Assembly: GCF_902652985.1 (NCBI RefSeq)
Contig: NC_047028.1
Coordinates: 11,284,001-11,348,000 of the forward strand
DNA length: 64,000 nucleotides
Source of the DNA: Pecten maximus
Lineage: Eukaryota
Reading direction: 5' to 3'
Part shown: one piece after another, positions 1 through 11,698 of the stretch
How the letters are laid out: each line of letters opens with the position of its first letter
Numbering within the stretch: the stretch's first letter is position 1
The notes under the pieces: model-generated
Database searches by the model: none
Seen by the model: the letters and a program-made list of their open reading frames with translations, nothing else
What the model was told of the DNA's origin: nothing
Translations under genes and position numbers: made by a program

Positions 1-330
1 TTGAAAAGATTTAATAAAATCAAAAAGCAGCAGATCTGTTACGAGAGTAATACTTTTAGTTTACCTAGCCCGAATTTGATATACTAAGGGCAGTGTTTTT
101 TCCTACCATTTATATCTAATTGTAACAATTAACTAAATTCTAACAATTGTAGTATGAAGCTTTAGTTTTACATTTGTATTTGTATCATTTTTCTAAATAA
201 ATAACCATGCAATTTAATCTGTACTTAGAATGTTATTGTTGTAAACCTCACACAGGTGTAACATACCTGTAAATATGAATTTAGTAATCGATACAGTACC
301 TGTATACCCCAAATATTGAATACAAAGCCT

Positions 331-968
331 CATCATACAGTCGTATCATCCTTCTAGGACTCGTTAGTGATGTTAGGGACATCATACAGCTGTATCGTCC
401 TTCTAGGACTCATCAGTGATGTTAGGGACATCATACAGTTATTTTGTGCCTCTAGGACTTGTTAGTGATGTTAGGGGCATCACACAGCTGTATTGTCCTT
501 CTAGGACTTGTCAGTGATGTTAGGGACATCACACAGCTGTATTGTCCTGCTTGGACTCGTTAGTAATGTTAGGGACATCACACAGCTGCATGGTCCTTCT
601 AGGACTCGTCAGTGATGTTAGGGACATCACACAGCTGTATTATCCTTCTAGGACTTGTCAGTGATGTTAGGGACATCACACAGCTGTATTGTCCTTCTAG
701 GACTTGTCAGTGATGTTAGGGACATCATACAGCTGTATTGTCCTTCTAGGACTTGTCAGTGATGTTAGGGACATCACACAGCTGTATTGTCCTTCTAGGA
801 CTTGTCAGTGATGTTAGGGACATCATACAGCTGTATTGTCCTTCTAGGACTCATCAGTGATGTTAGGGACATCATACAGCTGTATCGTCCTTCTAGGACT
901 CATCAGTGATGTTACGGACATCATACAGCTGTATTGTCCTAGGACTTGTCAGTGATGTTAGGGATATC
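331..968. repeat. 49-bp minisatellite, ~13 copies
   Basis: Unit atcatacagctgtattgtccttctaggacttgtcagtgatgttagggac repeated head-to-tail. Confidence 0.95.
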
Positions 969-1136
969 ATGACAATTTTCCATAAGAAAGCATTATAGAA
1001 ATTAAGGAAAATCTTAGTTAGGAAACCTCTCTTAAATTCTGTAATGATTTCCTATGGGAAATTTTAAATGTAAGAAATTCCACGAATTTAAGGAATATTG
1101 ATTGAACTGATCCCAGGTAGCTGGACATTTCCAGTG

Positions 1137-1528
1137 CAGGATTAGCACGGGCCTTGAGAAAGCCTTGAATTTCACCTTGGGGCTTGAAAAGCCTTGAATT
1201 TCATTCTGGGCCTTGAAAAACCTTGAAAATTGGTTTACAGCCTTGAAAAAGCCTTGAATATCAAGTTTTCATTAGGATAAGTGAAACCCTGGCCACTGAT
1301 AATTTGGTTTCAACTTTGTTTATGCTGCCTCTCGTACAGATGTAAATAATTACCGTATCAAATTTTATTTTGATCAAGTTGATAGTAATAAGTTGCCTTT
1401 TTGTTCTCTTGTTCCCTCTCATGATGACTTAGAAAATGGGTAAAATGGGCCTTGAATATTTAATTAAGACATTGAAAAAGCCTTGAAAAGGCCTTGAATT
1501 TGGTTTCACATAATCTGTATGAACCCTG
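1137..1528. mobile_element. Non-autonomous DNA transposon (MITE), possibly hAT5-type
   Basis: Ends caggattagcacgg...ctgtatgaaccctg form an imperfect TIR; many subterminal gccttgaa motifs; flanked by 5-bp direct repeat cagtg (1132-1136, 1529-1533). Confidence 0.65.
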
Positions 1529-1785
1529 CAGTGCTGTTATGTATGTGATTAAGTAAACATTGTCCTCACTTTACCTGGTATGTTGATGTGAGACACTAGG
1601 AGTACTGCTAAGGTTGTTTACGCATGACGATCAATCTCTATAAAATTGATGCATCTTTCTCTGGAACAGAGGTCGTCCAGTCGCACTGGCTAGTACAAAA
1701 GCAAGAAATGTGCAAATACACAGTGTATAATTTGAGATAACCTTCAGCTGTGAGTTGGGAAGCGAGTTAATGTTGACATGGTGGT

Positions 1786-1940
1786 CTGTTTGTTTGCTTG
1801 GTTTATCGCCCTGTCAACAGACAAGGTCATTTTGAGGCGGGGTCTTCTTGTAGTAGTTAGTGACTACCTCACTGAACAATACACATGGAGGCCTGTCGCA
1901 TCAAATAGGGTGAAGTGCCTTGCCCAAGGTTACAACCATA
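1786..1940 (-). mobile_element. CORE-type SINE fragment (5'-truncated)
   Basis: Minus strand reads gtaaccttgggcaaggcacttcaccct (CORE-like motif) and ends in an (AAAC)n-like tail. Confidence 0.6.
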
Positions 1941-3886
1941 ACAGCAGATAGCGGTCACTTGACATCCAATATGGTAATGTTAAATGTCTTATCATGAAAG
2001 GCATATGTTATCATGGATAGTGGATGCTTTACCTTTTCATTTCTTCACTATGATGTGGTCAGATGACTTGATGATTATTGGGGATATATATAGCCACACG
2101 ATTGGCCCTTGCTGACCGGTAACTGAGAACATTTCTGTACAATCCTTTAAAAGTTCACTAAAGAACTAAGATCCTTACTTGCAGGCATTCGTCAGGTAAT
2201 AAGTCGACATCGTTTGTAAAAAATGGCCACGCTTTCATCAAGCATTATAACTCTGAACTGAGAATCATAAATCGTGTCAAAGTGAAAAAAAACGGGGGGG
2301 GGGGGGGGGTCGAAATATTTCTGAAGGATTCGGACAACAAAGTCGAACAATCGATGCATGAGAAATTAAATTTCGGTACTTGCACGGACCTGAAAGATGG
2401 TATTGGTATTGGCGTTTAATGCAGAAACGTCAGTCCCCACCAATTCCCCACCTCTTAAATTTAGCACTGAAATTGTTGTCGAAAATTTGAAAATCACTGT
2501 AAAAACAAATTGAGATACTTAGCAATAGACTTTTTTTTTTTAACCGCTAATGTGAAAGATATCGTACAAATGTATTTGTTATCTGTACGAGATATTCATC
2601 AAAGGTAAAAATGGTTTTGGAGAATCGGACTAAAATTGTGAAAACTTATCTGTAGGCGAATTATACAAGAATTGCATGTAATTGATCCACGCATCTCAAA
2701 GTACAGTTAAACTGTCGATGTTTTAGTTATAGGTTTTTCTTAAAATACGTTAATGGCGTTTTATTATAAAACATATATTACCATCACTTCAAATTAGCCG
2801 AACAAGTCATTTTGTTTTACAGAACATAACGCACGTCTGGTTGAAACTCCTGCCTCTATGATTGGCTCTAATTCCATAGTTGCAATAAGAACAAAACAGG
2901 CAATAATTTATTGTAGATATTGCTAGATTCGACAGGAGTTCTAGAAATTTCTCACTGACTCATATTTACACGTGCAACGATATTTTCCCTGAAACCTTGT
3001 GGAACAGTATGTTAAACTTATAATTGATATACACGGAAATGAGACAGATTATACCTATAGTGAGAATTGCCGGAAATCAATCGGATAACCAGTCGGGCTT
3101 TAATATGGTCTTTCGCTTGGCGGAAAATATGAGTAGAATTTGTGGAAATGATTGTAAACCGGATGTAACCGCTTCGCAACTCACAGCTGAAAACAAACTA
3201 AAATTTCCAGATAATATACACAATAAAGCTTCCGGAGATTTGTTTTCTCCGAAATATTTCCGCTGCAATCTCTTAATACTTTCAGGTCATTATGTTAGCT
3301 ATCAACATAATTATGACATTGACGAGGTTGTAGGTAAATCTAGCAGTATAAAACAATGCCTTTTAAACTCTTGTATCTATTAAGCAACACTACATTTCAC
3401 ACATATTTATTTCAAATACATTTCACATACGGTAAAAATGTGCCAACGGATAAAATAATTTAAACTAAATGAATATTGTTGTTAACCTAGAATCTCCATA
3501 TGAATGCGATATATTCCGGGCGTCCAATCTATTAGTGTTACGGACTGTCAATTATTGAACATTTTACAACATGCCATACATATATAGAACATACAGCCCG
3601 TTTTTAATAATTATAAATTTAAAATAATGCGCATGTTTAACAAACATTAATAGGATGCTGATTTATAGCGAGTTAAACCAAAAACAGTCTCAACATGTTT
3701 TACTCATAATAGTTTAGTTTAAACATATTTTATTGACATATAATAATGACAAAGGGATTAGTCAGCAAGTTTTTCCAACTTATAAACGACTTCTCCCATA
3801 ATAATAACAAAATAATAAACAATAACATAGGCACATGATGGCATATACAAATATTCCGAAATTCGATAAAGAAACGAAAATATAAT

Positions 3887-3889
<3 letters not shown>

Positions 3890-3938
<49 letters not shown>
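3890..3938. repeat. (AG)n microsatellite in the LINE 3' UTR (poly-G also at ~4067-4089)
   Basis: Direct reading. Confidence 0.95.
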
Positions 3939-3943
<5 letters not shown>

Positions 3944-4102
3944 TGGCGGGAAGGAGGAGGAGATAGGTACATATAAAGTTAAATGACTGCACCTTTATAT
4001 ATTATCTGGATAAATGGAGCATTTTGGATTAAGTTTTTTTATTATAGGAAAATAGTATGAAAAGAAGGGGGGGGGGGGGGGGGGGGGGGTAGGAAGTGAT
4101 GA

Positions 4103-5918
4103 TTAGTCGAATCTTCCCGACCTACTCAAGAAGTTTTGCACATTTTTATATTGTCAGTTGAGGAGATATTCGTGTCACCATTGCAAAGTATATTTACATT
4201 AACAGGACCGTACCAGGTTAAATCAGCAATAAGAGTTCCTCTTAAGTTGTTATACAGGGGACAGTTAAGGAAAAAATGATAGGAATCTTCACAGGGATGT
4301 CCACATTGGCAAGCAGGTGAATCAACGAGATTGGCTCTAAAAAGATCATAGCTTAGTGCACTTGCTCGATTTCTTATTCTGTTGTGTAGAATATTTAGTT
4401 TTCGAGGACCATAACTGATAAAATGCTTGTCATATATATTGTTTACTGTCATAGATTTTTTTAGATTAGATTTGAAGGAACTTAAGGTAGGCGAGTTTCT
4501 GATAGTGCTATGTAAATCATTCCAAAGTTTTGAAGTAGAAGGAAAGAAGGAGTTATTTGATAGTTGTAGACGAAAGTGTTGTTCCCTAAATAAATCTGCA
4601 TTTCGTAAATTATAAGGAGCTATGTTGCCAATATACATTGGTAGTAGGTCGATAAGAAAAGTAGGTGCCAGATTATTTACTATAGAATAGAATAAGGAAA
4701 GTTTCCGAGCATCTCTTCTCTTCGAAAGGGGTAGCCAACCGGTTTCCAGATATAAGAACTCTTTTTTTGTGAATATGGGCAGCCCTGTGACTATTCTTGC
4801 GGCCTCTAGATTTATCTTTTCTAATAACAATGAGTTTGTTGTACCGCAGTTGTCCCATACTTCACATGCATATTCAAGTAATGGTCGTATATATGTAAGG
4901 TACATTTTTTCTAATGTGTTCCTGTTTAAGATAAGTTTTAATTTACGGAGGGTGGCTATATATTTAGTTACTTTATTGACTATAGATTCAACATGTACGT
5001 TCCACTTACAATCATCAGAAAGAATGACTCCTAGGTGTTTATGGTGGTTTGTTATTTTGATCGGGGTATTGTCGAATGTAAAGGACGGAACAAAAGGAAG
5101 TTGTCTAGTTGATATTACGAGGGCCTCGGTTTTATTAGGATTAAAGGACATAAGCCATTCATTGGACCAAATTTCAAGTTTTAATAAGTCCCGTTTAGCC
5201 TCCGTCTCAATAAGGTTGAGGTCATATGACGCGTAGGATAGAGAAGTATCGTCAGCGAAAAGCCTAGATAGAGATGAAAGATTACAGGAAATATCATTTA
5301 TGTTATAGTAGAAAGAAAAGTGGACCAAGAACTGACCCTTGGGGGACACCAGCATTTATAGGCTTAAGAGAGGAAAGTGAATCATTGATAAATACAGCTT
5401 GTTTTCTTTTTGAAAGATAACTAGCCACCCAACGAAGAAGAGGTCCAGAGATACCATAATTGTCGAGTTTATGTAAGAGGCCTTTGTGCCACACGCGGTC
5501 AAATGCCTTAGAAAAATCACAAAAAATTAAGATAGAATGTTCATAATTTTCTAAGGAAGAAATGACTGAATGATATATTTCAATAAGTTGATGTGTTGTG
5601 GAGTGATTTGGTAGGAATCCAGACTGATACTTATAAATAAGGTCGTTTTCGATTAAAAAATTGTAGATATGCTTATATACTACACGCTCAAAAAGTTTAC
5701 CTATACAACTTAGCAGCGAGATAGGTCTGTAATTGGAGACAATGCTTGCATCATTGGCCTTAAATATAGGCATGACATGAGCAATTTTCCAGCTCTCAGG
5801 AAATATACAAGATGACAAAGAATAATTGAATATAAAAGAAAGTGGTATAGAAATTTCACTTGAAAGTAATTGTAGCATTCTGTGGCTAATACCGTCAGGA
5901 CCTGACGCTTTTTTAACA
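4103..5918 (-). pseudogene. LINE ORF2 reverse transcriptase, frameshifted
   Basis: ORFs 5303-5956 and 4126-5355 join as PLFFLL-YINDI if one extra base near 5303 is removed; a second shift near the C-terminus (SGRFD* in another frame). Confidence 0.88.
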
Positions 5919-6589
5919 TCATAATACTTGAGTATACGGTTACTGATTATGTCCATAGTGTAGCTACTTTCTCTCTGGGGAAATAGTCGTTTTAAAAGTT
6001 TATCAATTTTGACGTCAAATCATTTTTCCAAACGTTATGAAATGTTAACGTTCCGCCACAAACATACAGTCTGGGATGTGTCTGTATATTATCAACTTGT
6101 AGTTCTCTAAACTGTAAGTTTACGATAATAAAATCCTTGTCATTGTCATAAGAAGATCCAATCGTCCATACACCCGGTTCACAGTCGTTGATGCTGGTCT
6201 ACCTCTTGTATCCCTGGCTAGCTAGTTAGTGAAAGTCTGTGATAGAATGTAAGTTAAACTTAGGGAGGCCTTGCTTGCTGCCACGTCCCAAATAGTACCT
6301 CCAGTTCACCAATTTAATTAAATGTATTGACTGTAGGCCTTACGACCGACGAGTACATAATTATTACATACTTTTTTTTGTATTGCATACAACACACAAT
6401 GTGGATGAGAAACAGCAAGACAAAAGTGGAGTACGAGTTAAAGAAATACATTTCTTATCTTATATTCTTCAACAAAAATTGCCAAGACGGCTTTTGACAC
6501 ACAAGAACTTTTATTTTTTAACATTGAATGTTTTTGACAATTATGAATAGTATTTTTTTTTTGTATTTTCAACAAATAAAGAAATGTTA

Positions 6590-7080
6590 TCAAGGTTTGA
6601 ACCGGCATAGATAAGAGCCTGTATATAATTGAATAGTGTGAACCGGGATGGCATTCCACCCTCCGTCAACGCCTGTGCCATTTCCTGTAAGTTTGAGGGA
6701 GAGCTTGGCCGACCCCGTACTCGTTTTCCAAGGACATCCCTGGTGTGCTCGATTAGGTTCAAATCAGGTCAATCCAAAACTTGGACATTGTTCTGCTGTA
6801 AAAACGTCTAAGTCACGTGACTGGTGTGGGATGTCGCAATATCATGCTGTAAAAATGACCCATCTCCTTGATGCCGTAAAAACGGAACGACGACAGGAGT
6901 AATGACTAATCTGGTTCGATTTCCACCGGATATGTCACTCCAGATCATCACATTACTCTTCCAAATCTGTCAGTCTGAACTTTTGACTACACTCAAATCA
7001 AACCGTCCTGCAACCTCACGTTGCCTTACTCCGATGTGGAGCATGCTAATAGCCCTTTCTCTCTCTTCTTTCGACACACA
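6590..7080 (-). pseudogene. Degenerate, internally deleted Tc1/mariner transposase
   Basis: Minus-strand fragments ERERAISMLHIGVRQREVAGRF (HTH), FLQHDIATSHT (QQDNARPH-like) and VLDWPDLNLIEHTRDVLGKRVR (DLNPIEH-like), with stops and frameshifts. Confidence 0.85.
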
Positions 7081-7584
7081 CGGTATTGCGTTAATCTGTT
7101 AAGGTTCTGAAATCGTGCATAAAGCATATTACGAAACAACTGGAACACCTCGAGTAAAGTGAATTTTTTGTTCTATGAAACAAACTTTGAATTTAGATAT
7201 TATACAGAACACAGCAGTAATGTAGAAGTACATATATGTATCTGTATAAGTCACCAACATCTGGTGTACGGCAAGTTTAACGTCTTGGTAATCTGATATC
7301 GTGTTTATCTGTGAATGTTCCAAAAAACAAAATAGTTCCTTACTACAAGATCATAAATAGAAACAACTCCTTTTGGACACTAATGTCTGTAGGAAACAGA
7401 ACTTCTACCTATTTTAATATTATCATTATACCAAATCGGATGGGAACAAAATTGTTGTGGGGTTGTTTGGGGTTTATTTATTTATACCAGTTATATTAGG
7501 ACTATATCTAATTGCTGTACAACAATTCTACGCGAAAATAAAATGTGAGGGCTTATTGAGCCTCCTTGTCTAACACCCCCGTAC

Positions 7585-7665
7585 TCTTCTTTCTTTCTTT
7601 CTTTAGTTCGTTCTTTCTTTCTTTCTTAGTTCGTTCTTTCTTTCCTTCTTTCCTGTTTCCTTTTA
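7585..7665. repeat. (TTTC)n low-complexity tract
   Basis: Direct reading. Confidence 0.8.
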
Positions 7666-9596
7666 CCTGTTATTTTGCTGCTTTGTTTAAGATACAATAA
7701 TAGAATTATTATATGCTGATTATCATTTGGCCATTGCTAGGTTTACATATATGTATGACTGTATTACGGAGAGAACATTGGGAAGTTGTGATAACTTGCG
7801 TCTTACCTTTTGTGTATCGTTTATGCAATAAAATGGATTTAAATTCAAATACACTCCATTCCATTTCAAACAATTCTTTACGACACAACATCTATTGTCA
7901 TTATAAAACGTTTTAATCCACTTGATATTTGACGGACCAAAATCATAGATTACAAAATTACAATCTTTCGAATATAAAATTGGTTTCTAGAGAATGAAAA
8001 GTTTCGGTAGGTGTATAACAAGTAGTAAACCCGGGAAATTTTGTTTTCCTGAACAATCCAATAAATTATCTAACAATATAGTACATTCTCCAATGTACCT
8101 TCCCTTAATAAACCATTTTTTTTTCACTTATAAGAGTATCTAGAATTATCTATAATCTATTTGATATTACAGAAGAAACTATTTTGTAGTCTACATTTAG
8201 TAATGCTATGGGTCTCCATTTTTTAGATATAATTCAGAAGTCCCCCCTTTTCTTCAGTAGTCGACTTACAAGTTGCACAATATCATATTCTGCTAAATAT
8301 TTCTATATCGGCTTGTCTTCAATCGCCAAAGAATGTGAAGGCATATGCAGTTTGTTAACGTATTATATATTTCTTAGGTATGTACTTCGTTAAAAATAAC
8401 TGAATGGAAAAATGATTTGAAATAGATTTACAAAGGACAAAAAAAAAAAAAAAAAAAATTCGTGGAATTCTCTAATAAACCTCTCAAATATGTTTTTAGA
8501 AAGTGCTTTTTATGTAGCAACCTTCAGAGACAGAAGGAAAAATACCGTCTGAAAGTCTTCTTCTTAAGGTGTAGATTCCTGATATTTCATTATTATGTTG
8601 GGTGCCTAGGTGATTGGCTATGTTATGGAAATGAATTACCTTGATCACATTTAAGTTCATGGGAATCAAATTAATCAAAATATTCCAACAAACTTCTCAA
8701 TGACCAAGAGGCCTAGGATTATTATATTGGGCCTATAGCACGCTTGGATGAATAGCTACCAATTTGTTATCACAAAGGTCAAGGTCAGCAAAGTCAAATC
8801 TTTAACTTACTTTTTCTAATTAACCAATAGGCTCGAGGTCATGATATTGGGTCTGTAGGGTGTTTGTATGAATGACTACTGCATTTGGTCATATGCATGA
8901 CCTTAACCTACTGTCTAGGTCACTGGGATCAGTGTTAAAATATTTACACATCTTTTTCCATTTACCAAAATGCCTTTGGTGGCGATATTTGCAGTGATGT
9001 CAAGATTTTCCAAATAAATTATCTGGACCCCTTTTCGAAGACACAGAAATCAAATGTGAAATAATGGAGAATTTCGTAACTTGCGTCAGACTTGAAGTAC
9101 TTTGATATTAAATTGGGGAAAAAACCCAACTCATTGTGCTTGAACTAGCTTCAACATTTTAAAACATAAATTATTCAGATCTTGTGTGTGCTGTAGGTGA
9201 TGTTGACCAAGAAATTCTAGTTTGTAATTGTTTTTATTCATATTAACGAAAAGACGCTGTAAAACATCTGAATGCAGCTAATGAGAGAAATAATGTATAA
9301 ACTAGCCGACAATCAATAGTTAAACACACATAGCCGTTACTCTGAACATAAACTTTATTCAATATTGACATTATAGAGACCAATAGAAATGTCAATATTT
9401 AAATTTGTTTTCAGAGGTACGGCACTGAACGTTTGATTATCGGATATCCAATCGTCATTTGTCGAAAATAAGACAAGTGTCTTACGATAACTGGGTATAG
9501 GACGTGTAATATGAGTAATATGACAACGTTCATTGTATGTTACGGATTTATGAACGCAATTGTCCATACATGTGTTGCCTACATGCATATATTTTT

Positions 9597-10457
9597 TACC
9601 ATATATATCCTCAAATACCCCCCCCCCCCCCCCCCCCCTTTAGTGTAAAACTGTAGTACCATATTCATTCTCAAGTAAGCCCCCTCCCCTGTGTAAAAGT
9701 TTAGTACCATATTCATTCTCAAGTAAGCCCCCTCCCCTAGTGTAAAAGTTTAGTACCATATTCATCCTCAAATAAGCCCCCTCCCCTCCCTTAGTGTAAA
9801 ACTGTAGTACCATATTCATTCTCAAGTAAGCCCCCTCCCCTAGTGTAAAAGTTTAGTACCATATTCATTCTCAAGTAAGCCCCCTCCCCTAGTGTAAAAG
9901 TTTAGTACCATATTCATCCTCAAATAAGCCCCCTCCCCTCCCTTAGTGTAAAACTGTAGTACCATATTCATTCTCAAGTAAGCCCCCTCCCCTAGTGTAA
10001 AAGTTTAGTACCATATTCATTCTCAAGTAAGCCCCCTCCCCTAGTGTAAAAGTTTAGTACCATATTCATCCTCAAATAAGCCCCCTCCCCTCCCTTAGTG
10101 TAAAACTGTAGTACCATATTCATTCTCAAGTAAGCCCCCTCCCCTGTGTAAAAGTTTAGTACCATATTCATCCTCAAATAAGCCCCCTCCCCTCCCTTAG
10201 TGTAAAACTGTAGTACCATATTCATTCTCAAGTAAGCCCCCTCCCCTGTGTAAAAGTTTAGTACCATATTCATCCTCAAATAAGCCCCCTCCCCTCCCTT
10301 AGTGTAAAACTGTAGTACCATATTCATTCTCAAGTAAGCCCCCTCCCCTAGTGTAAAAGTTTAGTACCATATTCATTCTCAAGTAAGCCCCCTCCCCTAG
10401 TGTTAAAGTTTAGTACCATATTCATTCTCAAGTAAGCCCCCTCCCCTAGTGTAAAAG
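9597..10457. repeat. ~48-54-bp minisatellite with two alternating monomer types
   Basis: tagtgtaaaagtttagtaccatattcattctcaagtaagccccctcccc and a variant with cctcaaataag...cctccctt. Confidence 0.95.
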
Positions 10458-10523
10458 TAGGGTATGAAATTATGGGTAGGGTTTATTTGTGAGCCACTTT
10501 AGCTTACTATTTTAAAAATCAGG

Positions 10524-10580
10524 ATATCTCGAAGTTTTTGTCATGACTCCGCTAGTTCGAGATAGCGAGGTTCAACTGTT
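10524..10580. mobile_element. Right-end fragment of a Tc1/pogo-type MITE
   Basis: ...ttcgagatagcgaggttcaactgt resembles the common cagtcgaacctcgctatctcgaa-type TIR; the partner end is not found. Confidence 0.45.
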
Positions 10581-11440
10581 ACATCATACTTCATACTTCT
10601 AATTGTGACTGTTAAAAGCCATACAAAGAGTCGATGGAAACTGACCCGGAATCGTTTGTGTTATTGCATTCAATAAAATACTTCACTAGATCACAATACA
10701 ATGTACATGTTGTACATGATATTATTGTCAAATTGTACATTTGTACACATAATACGTAACATACACAGGTAAAACACAGGTAGCTTCGGTGACTCCACTA
10801 GAACAGACTATAACTACTATACATACATAGTCAGTAGGGTGCTATTTCAAAATGAAGGCGTTCAGGGAATCACCAATTTATATTCATAAATATGAATGCG
10901 ATCAAAAGAGTGAAGGAAACGGGCCCCCTTGTTGAACGCCAGTAGCAAAACCCAGATATATCAAATGTCGTTTGTGAAGTCCGTGGCGTAGCAGTTACAT
11001 AATGTAAGTTTAAACACTAATTGGTAATCAATCCTGGGGAGAAGGCTTATATATATATATATTCGCCTGTTACATAGTGCCCATGGAGTGTTTACTATTC
11101 AGTAAAATCTTAACATGAAACACCAAAACCGTAATATTGAAATATTTCCAAATGAGAGTAACATGTATATTCCGACTTGGGTTTGAATTAAACCAAAACC
11201 AATTCTATTATTTATGAATTATTTTGATATACATTAACTGTTACTAGGAAAAGTAAATCTGTCCGTGGAAACAAACACAACTTTCTGGAACGTATAGAAG
11301 TACATTAAATCCCGTGAAAGGTTGTATCACTAACTTAATGTATACAAAATGCTTTTTCCGAATTTATACAAATATTGTGTAGAAATTTTAAGCATTTCCA
11401 TGTGTTTATGTAACAAACCTTTGTATTTCTATCTATAAAT

Positions 11441-11446
11441 TTTATT
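11441..11446 (-). terminator. Candidate polyadenylation signal of the GT31 gene
   Basis: AATAAA on the minus strand ~250 nt after the stop codon. Confidence 0.4.
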
Positions 11447-11698
11447 GAGGAGCAATTCTCTGAGAATTCATGCATGCACTTAAACAAATCTCCAAATACC
11501 TGTTACTTCAAATCTGTTTCTATGCCACTCTGATCAAAGCATTACTTACTGGAAAGCCTTCAGACAGTTTGCAGTTTATATATATTCGAACACTGTTGTG
11601 TTAGAAATCGAATGACCAGGCAAACTTTACCCTTGTTATGAAAAAGGACCCGTACAATCATAAATATTTTTAAACAAATCTGATTTAATCTGATTCAA

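Larger units (their letters stand above)
3712..5918 (-). mobile_element. 5'-truncated CR1-clade LINE (RT domain plus 3' UTR)
   Basis: RT motifs NYRPISLL, QSGF, DFSKAFD, GVPQGSVLGP, LFADD; C-terminal CQCG...HFFLNCP; 3' UTR ends aataaaaatatgtttaaactaaac; TSD tcataata at 3704-3711 and 5919-5926. Confidence 0.92.

Noticed and set aside
1575-2200. Minus-strand exon-like segments with GT donors (~1574, ~2032, ~2178)
   Set aside because: Stops in the frames tried and no recognisable product; UTR or lncRNA exons cannot be excluded.
3024-3383. 119-aa ORF
   Set aside because: TTG start and no motif.
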